Below, one piece after another: positions 1-6,721 of a stretch of DNA of 19,113 nucleotides. A program made the position numbers and the translations under genes. The stretch covers positions 1 to 19,113 of IMG/VR virus record IMGVR_UViG_2648501299_000003, one strand, 5' to 3'. Under the pieces are notes generated by a model. That model was not told the DNA's origin, ran no database searches, and worked only from the letters and a program-made list of their open reading frames with translations. The DNA comes from a virus. Taxonomy: Duplodnaviria; Heunggongvirae; Uroviricota; Caudoviricetes. Position 1 is the stretch's first letter; each line of letters starts with the position of its first letter.

Positions 1-192
1 TCAGGAGCATTTCTGATTAACGCCACCGTTAAGAATCCACCCTTCAACAGCTTCACGAAGGTATGATTTGGGGTGGGTTCTGACTGGCTTCGGAAATCCG
101 TGCCGTTTGGTATAGTTCCAGATTGTCTGACGTGATGAAACACCGAGCTTGTTCATCACTTCTTTCTCAGGAATCAGGCTGGTATCGGTCAT
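1..192 (-). CDS. xis: AlpA/Xis-family excisionase-like DNA-binding protein (63 aa)
   Basis: Complete ORF (ATG 192-190, stop 3-1) with GGAG 7 nt upstream; small basic protein with AlpA-like pattern (GVS..TIW...FPKPV....W) at the integration-proximal end of the leftward operon; int expected beyond the window start. Confidence 0.6.
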   Translation of the reverse strand: MTDTSLIPEKEVMNKLGVSSRQTIWNYTKRHGFPKPVRTHPKSYLREAVEGWILNGGVNQKCS

Positions 193-271
193 CTTAATTC
201 TCCAGGCAAAAATAAACCGCCATACAGCGGCTCTATCAGATATGAACAGGCCTCATCGAGTGTGAGGCGGG

Positions 272-616
272 TTAGTCCTTGCGTAGCTCGCTGATTCTTC
301 TGTAAGTCTCTGGTGCTTTGTTCCCGTACGTCTTCATTTCAGACTTCAACAGAGCAACGAGTGAATCCCATTCGTTGAGGATTCCTTTGAATGCCGGAAC
401 GCGCTTTGCAACCTTGTCGAATGAATCTCTGATTTCTGGAATCTGCTCAACAAGTGCAACGCATCGCCGAAAGTCTGCTGCGTCATGGGGAGCGCCGAAG
501 TGATGACCATAGATATTCTTTTTCAGTCCACATGCGATTGAGGCAAGAGTTGCGCTACTGATGCCGACATCGCCAGTCGATTGCCATTTCAAAACCTTCA
601 TAGCCAAATCTGACAT
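272..616 (-). CDS. hypothetical early-left operon protein (114 aa)
   Basis: ORF with ATG at 616-614 and GGAG 7 nt upstream; no family recognised. Confidence 0.6.
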   Translation of the reverse strand: MSDLAMKVLKWQSTGDVGISSATLASIACGLKKNIYGHHFGAPHDAADFRRCVALVEQIPEIRDSFDKVAKRVPAFKGILNEWDSLVALLKSEMKTYGNKAPETYRRISELRKD

Positions 617-627
617 TTCTTGTCTCC

Positions 628-654
628 ATAAAACAAAACTCGCCGTAGCGAGTT
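628..654 (-). terminator. intrinsic terminator inside the leftward operon
   Basis: Minus-strand hairpin, 7-bp stem 637-643/648-654 (AACUCGC-UACG-GCGAGUU), followed by UUGUUUUAU (636-628), immediately upstream of the RBS of the 272..616 gene. Confidence 0.55.
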
Positions 655-716
655 CAGATAAAAGAAATCCCCGCGAGTGCGATGATTGTTATTCACCTTT
701 GACGGCAAGTTGCAGG

Positions 717-1514
717 TTAGCCACGGTTAACCTCCAGTTGTGGTGCTGCTTCTATAGCAGCCCTGTAACCAGCAGCATGACCGCGAAAGTTAGCAATCTC
801 TGATAGCCACGCTTTAATCATGGCCTGAGTTGGCTCCTTCGGCACCATAACCCAACCATCCGGAGTTACCGGAGAGTTGCCAGCCTGAACAGTAGGCATA
901 TCAGGACCTTTGCGAATCGCCCTGGCAAGATCGATTGGGTCGTCGTACAACCAGTCACCTGTTTGCGGATGATTGGCTTCTGCCAATTGTGCAGCCCACT
1001 CCAGGCCGTCTTTGTGTCCTTGAAGATAGTCCAGCGGCAACTCATCATGTTCACTTACAGGTTCGGCCCCATGAAGCATAGCGGCGCGGCATGCGTTCCA
1101 GCCTTGAGCCTTAGCTATTGCCACAACTGCATCGGTAAAGAACATTCTCGTGGTATCTGGCTCCGGCATTTCATCCGGCACCGCTTGCTGCGTTAACCGT
1201 GGAGCCGTCAGCGACTCCAATTCAGCAATCCGCTTCTCTGCTGCTTCCAGTTCATCAAGTAGCGCCAGCACGGTAGCTGGACTGGCTGCGGCGATGAATT
1301 CAGCATTGGCCTGCTGTTCCATTTGGAAATCTTCATCGAAACCGCTTTCAGGATGCGCTCCTTCAATTCTGCAAATGGGAAGATATCCAACAACTTCACG
1401 ATGAATTAGCGCATCATCACCATCAAATCGGCCCTCTCCATATTCGAGCGACCACTCACCACACGTTGCTTTTTCTGCCGCCTCACGCAGTGCCTGATAG
1501 TCAATCTTGCTCAC
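717..1514 (-). CDS. ead/Ea22-like family protein (265 aa, GTG start)
   Basis: N-terminus [16 protein letters not shown] recalled as typical of Ea22-like prophage proteins; only in-frame start is GTG at 1514-1512, overlapping the upstream stop (GTGA). Confidence 0.6.
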   Translation of the reverse strand: MSKIDYQALREAAEKATCGEWSLEYGEGRFDGDDALIHREVVGYLPICRIEGAHPESGFDEDFQMEQQANAEFIAAASPATVLALLDELEAAEKRIAELESLTAPRLTQQAVPDEMPEPDTTRMFFTDAVVAIAKAQGWNACRAAMLHGAEPVSEHDELPLDYLQGHKDGLEWAAQLAEANHPQTGDWLYDDPIDLARAIRKGPDMPTVQAGNSPVTPDGWVMVPKEPTQAMIKAWLSEIANFRGHAAGYRAAIEAAPQLEVNRG

Positions 1515-1993
1515 TGGTCGCCTCCTTTGCGAAGCTGGTCGGCGAACAAACGTACACTAGACGCTTCACTGCGTAGAAACTTAACGGCATAATCAAAACC
1601 ACCTCGTTCTGCGTCGTCTGCTCCGTTGTCGAGGTTATCTGCGTACATCTCTACCCCCTGCGCCCGTACTTCAGCCAGGAAAGCATCGGTAGATGGGGTG
1701 TTAAGTGAAAAGTCCTGTCGGCCTGATTTCAGATACGCAATGGCGATCTTTGTTGCTGCGCATTCGACAGCGAATTTCTCTTTTTCAGCAGCCATCTTCG
1801 CGCACTTGGCCTCAAGGTTATCAATCGTGATTCCAGCAGAACGACACTCACGCAACGCCGTTTCCAGTTTTGATTCAAGTTCACCGAACTTACGGACAAG
1901 ATATTCAGCGTTTGTTTCGTTAACCTTTAAATCTCGTGGGAAGAATTTACCTTTCAGAAAACCATCCATCTCAATTAGTGACATTTGTTTCAT
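1511..1993 (-). CDS. hypothetical coiled-coil protein (about 160 aa)
   Basis: ORF track 1511..2011; preferred start ATG at 1993-1991 because it overlaps the stop of the upstream ORF (ATGA) and has GGAG about 9 nt upstream. Confidence 0.5.
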   Translation of the reverse strand: MKQMSLIEMDGFLKGKFFPRDLKVNETNAEYLVRKFGELESKLETALRECRSAGITIDNLEAKCAKMAAEKEKFAVECAATKIAIAYLKSGRQDFSLNTPSTDAFLAEVRAQGVEMYADNLDNGADDAERGGFDYAVKFLRSEASSVRLFADQLRKGGDQ

Positions 1994-2187
1994 TTCTTCC
2001 CACTCCGCCACATCGCATTCAGATATTTGTTTTGATTTACTGATGGAAAAGAATTTCTCTTAAGCAATTCCTCTCTCGATGGCATTGGCTTTACGCGTTG
2101 GCGAATAATCATTTCTGCCGGAAGAATGCCGGGATTGTATGCAAGTCCTCTCATGGTAAATTCCTCAGTCATTACTGATAGCGCCAT
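1990..2187 (-). CDS. hypothetical small protein (65 aa, start uncertain)
   Basis: ORF whose TGA stop overlaps the next gene's ATG; alternative start at ATG 2172. Confidence 0.4.
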   Translation of the reverse strand: MALSVMTEEFTMRGLAYNPGILPAEMIIRQRVKPMPSREELLKRNSFPSVNQNKYLNAMWRSGKK

Positions 2188-2461
2188 AGCGTGAGCGGTA
2201 ATTACGCAGGCGCTGGTCGATATATTCAGGGAAGTGGGTATATGTGGCCTTGCGGAATGGTCGGATTGATGTTTCGTTTATTCGGTCTTTTTCCTGTTTT
2301 TCTGCGAGTTGTATATCGCGTCGGTACTTCCGTTCTGCTTTTGTTTCTGGTGGCAGAGCAAGAAACGCGCCGAGATTATTCTTGATACTTTCCAGCACCT
2401 CCGATACGGAATTGCCGGAACAGCGGCGCGGGTCATCCGCACCATACAGAGGCGCTGGCAT
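2165..2461 (-). CDS. hypothetical protein (98 aa)
   Basis: ATG 2461-2459 with AAGGA 7 nt upstream; begins 24 nt after the SSB stop. Confidence 0.55.
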   Translation of the reverse strand: MPAPLYGADDPRRCSGNSVSEVLESIKNNLGAFLALPPETKAERKYRRDIQLAEKQEKDRINETSIRPFRKATYTHFPEYIDQRLRNYRSRYGAISND

Positions 2462-2484
2462 AATGGAATCCTTATGCTGCTACT

Positions 2485-2868
2485 TTAGAAGGGAATTGAA
2501 TCGTCGTATTCAGGATGATTTTGATGATTGCTACTTTGCTGCTGTTGGCTGTTTCCTGAAGTTGCAAATCCAATCTTTGCATTCAGTAATTCAAGAGTGA
2601 TTGATTGACCATTTTGCCCCTGATAAACATCAACCCTGATGTTTTCTCCGGTAATTTCTACAATGCCACCTTCAACAAGAACACTACGGTAGTAATCCGC
2701 TTGCGCTCCCGGCTTGGCAAATACAACGGCGCTGTAGTTTGTCCATTCTTTCTTTTTTGTCTGGCGATCGTAATACTGAACGCCAGCACGGATGTTGAAT
2801 CCGATATTTTCCCCGGCCTGAAACTCTCTTGCGGGCTTGTTTAGTCTTACAGTAATCGAATGTGCCAT
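2485..2868 (-). CDS. ssb: phage single-stranded DNA-binding protein (SSB-like, about 127 aa)
   Basis: C-terminal tail ...PEYDDSIPF resembles the SSB acidic tail DDDIPF; start taken as ATG 2868-2866 overlapping the erf stop (TAATG) rather than the longer TTG-initiated track ORF. Confidence 0.6.
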   Translation of the reverse strand: MAHSITVRLNKPAREFQAGENIGFNIRAGVQYYDRQTKKKEWTNYSAVVFAKPGAQADYYRSVLVEGGIVEITGENIRVDVYQGQNGQSITLELLNAKIGFATSGNSQQQQSSNHQNHPEYDDSIPF

Positions 2869-3473
2869 TAAGCAGCCGCTCCTTCTAATTCGTCTCGTCT
2901 GATGTTGTAAACGTCCTGCGCTTTTTGCTGCTCCGGTGTGCCTTCGAGCATCTTCCACGCTTTGGCGAACGCCTGTTTAAGCTCTTCCACGGTGTTTTTC
3001 TGCAATGCTGCGTCAGTGAATGCTTTTAGAACCTGTTCAGGTGTATGTGATGGTTTTGATTGCTTTGCTGCTGCGTTCTGCTGATGTTTATGCTCGTCTG
3101 TATCTGCATCTTTCGCATCATCAATGCCGAACAAACCATTGAGGCAATACTTGCGTGCATAAGAGCTTGTAGCGCCCGTAACTTGTGCAGAATCCATTCC
3201 TTTCTTGCTTTCTTCCTCTCGTGCAAGAGCGGTTGCTGTATGACTGTTTTCGCCATCGGTAATAGTTGCCGTGGCTTTCACGTAATACCGATCACCAATC
3301 AACACAACTTCATCGCTGATTGATAAAAACAGACCATTCAGTAACGGCTTAACGCCTTCAAGAATATCTTCGCAGCTTCTGTATTTATATTTACCGAATG
3401 AGTTGTACTGATTTTTTGGCGCGTTCAGATTCTCCTGAATAGCTGCCAGTCTTGCGTAAAATTCTTTGCTCAT
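2868..3473 (-). CDS. erf: Erf-family single-strand annealing recombinase (about 201 aa)
   Basis: MSKEFYARLAAIQENL...YARKYCLNGLFGIDD matches recalled P22 Erf family features; ATG at 3473-3471 (track ORF begins at an upstream TTG). Confidence 0.75.
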   Translation of the reverse strand: MSKEFYARLAAIQENLNAPKNQYNSFGKYKYRSCEDILEGVKPLLNGLFLSISDEVVLIGDRYYVKATATITDGENSHTATALAREEESKKGMDSAQVTGATSSYARKYCLNGLFGIDDAKDADTDEHKHQQNAAAKQSKPSHTPEQVLKAFTDAALQKNTVEELKQAFAKAWKMLEGTPEQQKAQDVYNIRRDELEGAAA

Positions 3474-3483
3474 ATGATTGTTC

Positions 3484-3654
3484 TCAGAATGGACACGGCA
3501 CAAGTAAATAACGCTGATTTAATACTTCAGTCTTTGCCGCATTTAAAAATACGCGAACACCTTCACGATCTCCCTTCTGGCGATACATTAACGCCTGCTG
3601 CGTGTACATGCGTCTCTGTAACTTGCTCTCCTTCACTGTGGTTGCAAGTGACAT
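3484..3654 (-). CDS. small hypothetical protein (56 aa), overlaps the next ORF in another frame
   Basis: ATG 3654-3652 preceded by a perfect AAGGAG 6 nt upstream (3660-3655); protein-like composition throughout; below the 60-aa track cutoff. Confidence 0.45.
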   Translation of the reverse strand: MSLATTVKESKLQRRMYTQQALMYRQKGDREGVRVFLNAAKTEVLNQRYLLVPCPF

Positions 3655-3733
3655 GAATATCTCCTTCGTTACCGATTAATTCTTTCATCTGACGAATGAA
3701 TTCTTCGTCTGACCAGTTATCTGTAAAGATCAT
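3563..3733 (-). CDS. small hypothetical protein (56 aa), 3' part overlaps 3484..3654
   Basis: ATG 3733-3731 overlaps the kil stop (ATGA coupling); N-terminal half looks protein-like, C-terminal half is low complexity. Confidence 0.35.
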   Translation of the reverse strand: MIFTDNWSDEEFIRQMKELIGNEGDIHVTCNHSEGEQVTETHVHAAGVNVSPEGRS

Positions 3734-3882
3734 TTCCTGCGATACAACGGAAGGTTGATAGCTGATTTCATCGCTTTATTTGCTTCAAGCCACATTTTGG
3801 AATCACCAATAAATCTGGCTATTACTGCTTTGTTCTGTGCAGCACGAAGCATCTGGTGATTAATGGCTATTTCATTGCGCAT
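3730..3882 (-). CDS. kil: Kil-like host cell division inhibitor (50 aa)
   Basis: MRNEIAINHQMLRAAQNKAVIARFIGDSKMW resembles recalled lambda Kil core (...IATFIGDEKMF...); GAGG 7 nt upstream of ATG 3882; sits immediately downstream of cIII as in lambda. Confidence 0.55.
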   Translation of the reverse strand: MRNEIAINHQMLRAAQNKAVIARFIGDSKMWLEANKAMKSAINLPLYRRK

Positions 3883-3998
3883 AATAAGACCTCAACTCTT
3901 TTCCATCCGTCACGTAATTTACGGGTGATTCGTTCAAGTAAAGATTCATTTAGTTGGAAGGCACCCATGCGAGCGCCTCCCGCGATTGCGTAAATCAT
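3867..3998 (-). CDS. cIII: CIII-like FtsH inhibitor (43 aa)
   Basis: MIYAIAGG...ESLLERITRKLRDGWKR matches the recalled conserved core of lambda CIII; AAGGA 7 nt upstream of ATG 3998. Confidence 0.75.
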   Translation of the reverse strand: MIYAIAGGARMGAFQLNESLLERITRKLRDGWKRVEVLLCAMK

Positions 3999-4022
3999 GG
4001 GTGGTTCCTTATGTTGGTTTTA

Positions 4023-4991
4023 TTAGTAGGTTATTTTTGTTGCGAATACTTCGCCTTTTACGATGGCTGTTATGATATTTTTAGCAACATCTTCTGATGC
4101 GCCAACCTTGATAAGGTCAGCAAGTATTTTGTTATTTACTTCTTTCCGGTGAGCTTTATCCTTTGCTCTACGCTCTTCTTCGTCCTTGATTCTTTTTTCT
4201 TCTGCTATTCTGGCTTGCTCTTTTGCTTCAGCCTCGCGCCGGATTCGTTCAGCCTCCTCCTGTGCTTTTCGGCGTTCTGCTTCAATTGCCGCCTGCTTTT
4301 CTCTTTCAGCTCGTTCTGCTGCCTCTTTTGCTTCGCGCTGTGCTCGTTGCTCGGCTTCAATGCGTTCACGCTCTGCACGTTCCGCTGCGGCCTTAGCTTC
4401 TGCTTCTCGCCTTGCTGCTGCTTCAATTTCGGCTTTTGCCTTTGCTTCGGCTTCTGCTCTGGCTTTCTCTTCAGCTTCTCTTTTTAAGCGTTCTTCATGC
4501 TCTCGCTTTTCCTGCTCCGCTTTGAGTCTTGCCTCTTCTCTTTGGCGGTCAAATTCGCGATCCATCAAAATCGCTATTTCATGGTCAGACTCAATTTGCT
4601 TTGCGAGAGCTTCAGCTGCGGCCTTAGCTTCTTCTTCGGCTTTAATCCGTGCCTGTTCCTCCTCATAATCAGTAAGAGGCTGGCGCGCCTTGGCTTTCAG
4701 TTCATCAAGGCGATCGCGCACTGTCTTGCGGTTGGCATCAATTAGCTTTGGAATTTCCTTCAGTTCAGCAACAAGGTCTTTGCCAAGACCATCGAGATAT
4801 GTTTTCGTCTGCGCAACTTTATACGCCAGAGAAGCGATCTCCTTTCTGCCCTTTGCCGTTGTGATATCAGGCACAAAGGACATAACTTCTCGTTCAACCT
4901 TTTGGAGAATTTCTTCAATCTGGTCGGCAGACTGAAATACAGTCATTGCATTTGCTTTTTCAATAACAACTAAATCTGTTACTTCACTCAT
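4023..4991 (-). CDS. coiled-coil protein with long E/A/K/R-rich low-complexity repeat region (322 aa)
   Basis: ATG 4991-4989 with GGAGGA 3-4 nt upstream; N-terminal about 100 aa and C-terminal about 45 aa look globular, flanking about 180 aa of EAEAKAKAE/ERAERE-type repeats. Confidence 0.7.
   Translation of the reverse strand: MSEVTDLVVIEKANAMTVFQSADQIEEILQKVEREVMSFVPDITTAKGRKEIASLAYKVAQTKTYLDGLGKDLVAELKEIPKLIDANRKTVRDRLDELKAKARQPLTDYEEEQARIKAEEEAKAAAEALAKQIESDHEIAILMDREFDRQREEARLKAEQEKREHEERLKREAEEKARAEAEAKAKAEIEAAARREAEAKAAAERAERERIEAEQRAQREAKEAAERAEREKQAAIEAERRKAQEEAERIRREAEAKEQARIAEEKRIKDEEERRAKDKAHRKEVNNKILADLIKVGASEDVAKNIITAIVKGEVFATKITY
4180..4560. repeat. degenerate short tandem repeats (gcttc/gcctc/tgctt-type) encoding the E/A/K/R repeat tract
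   Basis: Visible periodic nucleotide repetition; both antisense frames are open here (track ORFs 4149..4487 and 4186..4668), a signature of low-complexity repeats. Confidence 0.6.
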
Positions 4992-5003
4992 ATATCCTCC
5001 ATC

Positions 5004-5032
5004 AAAAAAATTGCCCTCACACTGGAGGGCAA
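5004..5032 (-). terminator. intrinsic terminator inside the leftward operon (tL-like)
   Basis: Minus-strand hairpin, 8-bp stem 5011-5018/5025-5032 (UUGCCCUC-CAGUGU-GAGGGCAA), followed by UUUUUUU (5010-5004), then the RBS of the 4023..4991 gene. Confidence 0.65.
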
Positions 5033-5166
5033 AGAAGATTTCCAATAATCAGAACAAGTCGGCTCCTGTTTAGTTACGAGCGACATTGCTCCGTGTATTC
5101 ACTCGTTGGAATGAATACACAGTGCAGTGTTTATTCTGTTGTTTATGCCAAAAATAAAGGCCACCA

Positions 5167-5418
5167 TCAGGCAGCCTTGTTGTAAATGTTGCAGGTATCA
5201 AGTAAGTAATTAGATGGAGCGCCATAAACTATGAATTCATCGTTTGTCGGGTCCATCTCCATCTCTTGGCCTATTGCCATTCTTGCGTCAGTGTCATCAG
5301 AGGCGAAGCATAAAACAGCCCACGCACCCATTGTTTTAAAAAGAACTGCAATTGGCTGTGGTTTTACTGAATTTGCGTTAGCGCGAAAATCACAAATCGC
5401 ACTTTCATGAAACTCCAT
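5167..5418 (-). CDS. hypothetical protein (83 aa)
   Basis: ATG 5418-5416 with GAGG 6 nt upstream. Confidence 0.55.
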   Translation of the reverse strand: MEFHESAICDFRANANSVKPQPIAVLFKTMGAWAVLCFASDDTDARMAIGQEMEMDPTNDEFIVYGAPSNYLLDTCNIYNKAA

Positions 5419-5480
5419 ATCTCACCTCAAATAAGTGGTTTGCTGCCAAAACAATGAACCATCCGGAAATTCCAGATAGT

Positions 5481-5705
5481 TCATAATTCACCCTTCAATA
5501 CTTCCAACTTACTAATCGCCGATAGATATCCGCGCTGATAGGGCATCATCATTCCTTCGAGCTTGCCACTTCTTAACTCCTCCCTGAGCAATTGTATTGC
5601 TTGATCAATAACCTCTGCCTTAGCGTCCTTTATGGCTTGCTTGCGGGGCTTTGCTTTCTGCTTTGGCAGATTTCTCAAGCATGATGGAATGTATGTCTTA
5701 TTCAT
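5481..5705 (-). CDS. hypothetical protein (74 aa) immediately downstream of N
   Basis: ATG 5705-5703 with GAGG 6 nt upstream, 3 nt after the N stop; track ORF starts one codon earlier at GTG. Confidence 0.55.
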   Translation of the reverse strand: MNKTYIPSCLRNLPKQKAKPRKQAIKDAKAEVIDQAIQLLREELRSGKLEGMMMPYQRGYLSAISKLEVLKGEL

Positions 5706-5708
5706 CAC

Positions 5709-6092
5709 TTACCTCGCCGTCAGTTGTTTGGATTTCCGGTAGCCTGCCGCGTAAAGAGCTACATTTGGAAGACACACACCAGTTTCTGGTTGCTTATGTC
5801 CAAACTCATTCGCGTACACAATGGCCGCTCTCTCCAGATTGCGTCTGTATTCTTTCTGTTGCCAGATCACGTCCTGTGCCATGAACTTAATTGGCTTAGC
5901 GTCTTCTATGCGCTCAGGCGTTTCGTGAGTACCTTTAGCCTGAATCTGCGCTCTGCTTAGAGTAGGGCGGTGTAATACTTCTGAACTTATTGCTTCTTCG
6001 CGGGCCAGTACGCCGTTAGCTAATGCCTTTGCCTTTAAACGCTCACGACGACGAGAACGTGAATTGCCTTTGAACTGAGTTCTGCGTGTCAT
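5709..6092 (-). CDS. N: N-type transcription antitermination protein, P22 gp24-like (127 aa)
   Basis: Arginine-rich motif near N-terminus (GNSRSRRRERLKAKALANG) and C-terminus LPNVALYAAGYRKSKQLTAR resembling recalled P22-type N; ATG 6092-6090 with AGGAGG 5 nt upstream; boxB lies upstream on the same strand. Confidence 0.75.
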   Translation of the reverse strand: MTRRTQFKGNSRSRRRERLKAKALANGVLAREEAISSEVLHRPTLSRAQIQAKGTHETPERIEDAKPIKFMAQDVIWQQKEYRRNLERAAIVYANEFGHKQPETGVCLPNVALYAAGYRKSKQLTAR

Positions 6093-6220
6093 ATAGACCT
6101 CCTGGTGAACTTTGGCGGTGAATACAGCCGGGCGACTAACTCCGGTCGCGTAATCATTGCAAAGCGCCTCCGCCGAGAAGATTAGCTTCTGCATTCACCC
6201 CAAAGTTCACTTTGGTTATT

Positions 6221-6235
6221 GCGCTTTGTCAGCGC
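6221..6235 (-). promoter_or_regulatory. nutL boxB hairpin (P22 type)
   Basis: Minus-strand reads GCGCTGACAAAGCGC, a 5-bp stem with GACAA pentaloop, identical to the recalled P22 boxB; about 60-75 nt downstream of the predicted pL start; no canonical boxA (CGCTCTT) found nearby. Confidence 0.7.
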
Positions 6236-6303
6236 CGTAGATTCATATTCGAATCGTTGTATATTCACCGCCCTGGTGAGTAGTGCGTCCTGCTGATGGC
6301 TAA

Positions 6304-6332
6304 ATAGTACGATGTGTACTTTATTGAGTCAA
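6304..6332 (-). promoter_or_regulatory. pL-like early leftward promoter
   Basis: Minus-strand -35 TTGACT (6332-6327), 17-bp spacer, -10 TACTAT (6309-6304); overlapped by candidate operator dyads. Confidence 0.5.
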
Positions 6333-6378
6333 TACAAAATGTTCTAAATATGATTAGTTTTTTATAACGTTTTGTATT
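6306..6378. promoter_or_regulatory. candidate OL operators (three 15-bp dyads)
   Basis: AGTACgatgtGTACT (6306-6320, perfect dyad), AATACaaaatGTTCT (6331-6345), ATAACgttttGTATT (6364-6378); share half-site ANTAC-N5-GTANT with the OR candidates. Confidence 0.5.
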
Positions 6379-6509
6379 TTATGGAGTTATATTTTGCATG
6401 GTTGTGTGGCTTGGGAGGTGATCGAGAGATCTGAATTGCTATGTTTAGTGAGTTGTATCTATTAATTTTCAAATAAATACAATTGGTTATGTGTTTTTTT
6501 GGGGGGGTT

Positions 6510-6541
6510 AGGCAAAGAAAACCCGGCGCTGAGGCCGGGTT
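6510..6541 (-). terminator. intrinsic terminator ending the cI-cargo (pRM-side) transcription unit
   Basis: Hairpin with 8-bp stem 6520-6527/6534-6541 (AACCCGGC-CUCAGC-GCCGGGUU) followed on the minus strand by UUCUUUGCC. Confidence 0.6.
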
Positions 6542-6550
6542 ATGTAGGCA

Positions 6551-6652
6551 TTATGCGGCTTTTTTGGTGTGTGCTGACGAGCGAGCCAGAATCTCGTTAA
6601 TGAGAGATCTCAGGGTCATTGCATCTTTGTGCAGAGTGGACATGGTTTTCAT
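6551..6652 (-). CDS. small ORF (33 aa) between the cargo gene and the terminator
   Basis: ATG 6652-6650 with GAGG 7 nt upstream; MKTMSTLHKDAMTLRSLINEILARSSAHTKKAA; stop is 9 nt upstream of the terminator hairpin; below track cutoff. Confidence 0.4.
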   Translation of the reverse strand: MKTMSTLHKDAMTLRSLINEILARSSAHTKKAA

Positions 6653-6721
6653 TGCGTTTCCTCGGTTTATTTTATGGTACTAGCCTAGTTCAAATAGACT
6701 ATATGAAATCTTGATTTACTA

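Noticed and set aside
2485-2958. Long form of the SSB ORF (157 aa)
   Set aside because: The extra 30 N-terminal residues overlap the erf 3' end and are arginine-rich and non-protein-like; the internal ATG at 2868 gives a TAATG junction with erf
4149-4668. Plus-strand ORFs 4149..4487 and 4186..4668 (Cys/Phe/Ser/Leu-rich and Ser/Ala-rich)
   Set aside because: Antisense to the E/A/K/R repeat tract of the 4023..4991 gene; open frames here are a by-product of the low-complexity repeat, and the translations are not protein-like
5651-5960. Plus-strand ORFs 5651..5884 and 5724..5960
   Set aside because: Antisense to the N-like gene and its downstream neighbour, both supported by strong RBSs and, for N, recognisable motifs
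6236-6300. Search for a canonical nutL boxA (CGCTCTTTA) upstream of boxB
   Set aside because: No match found by eye on the minus strand; boxA may be degenerate here, so it is not annotated
6483-6683. Plus-strand 66-aa ORF
   Set aside because: Runs through the T7G7 homopolymers and the terminator hairpin and is antisense to the better-supported 33-aa ORF; likely a chance frame
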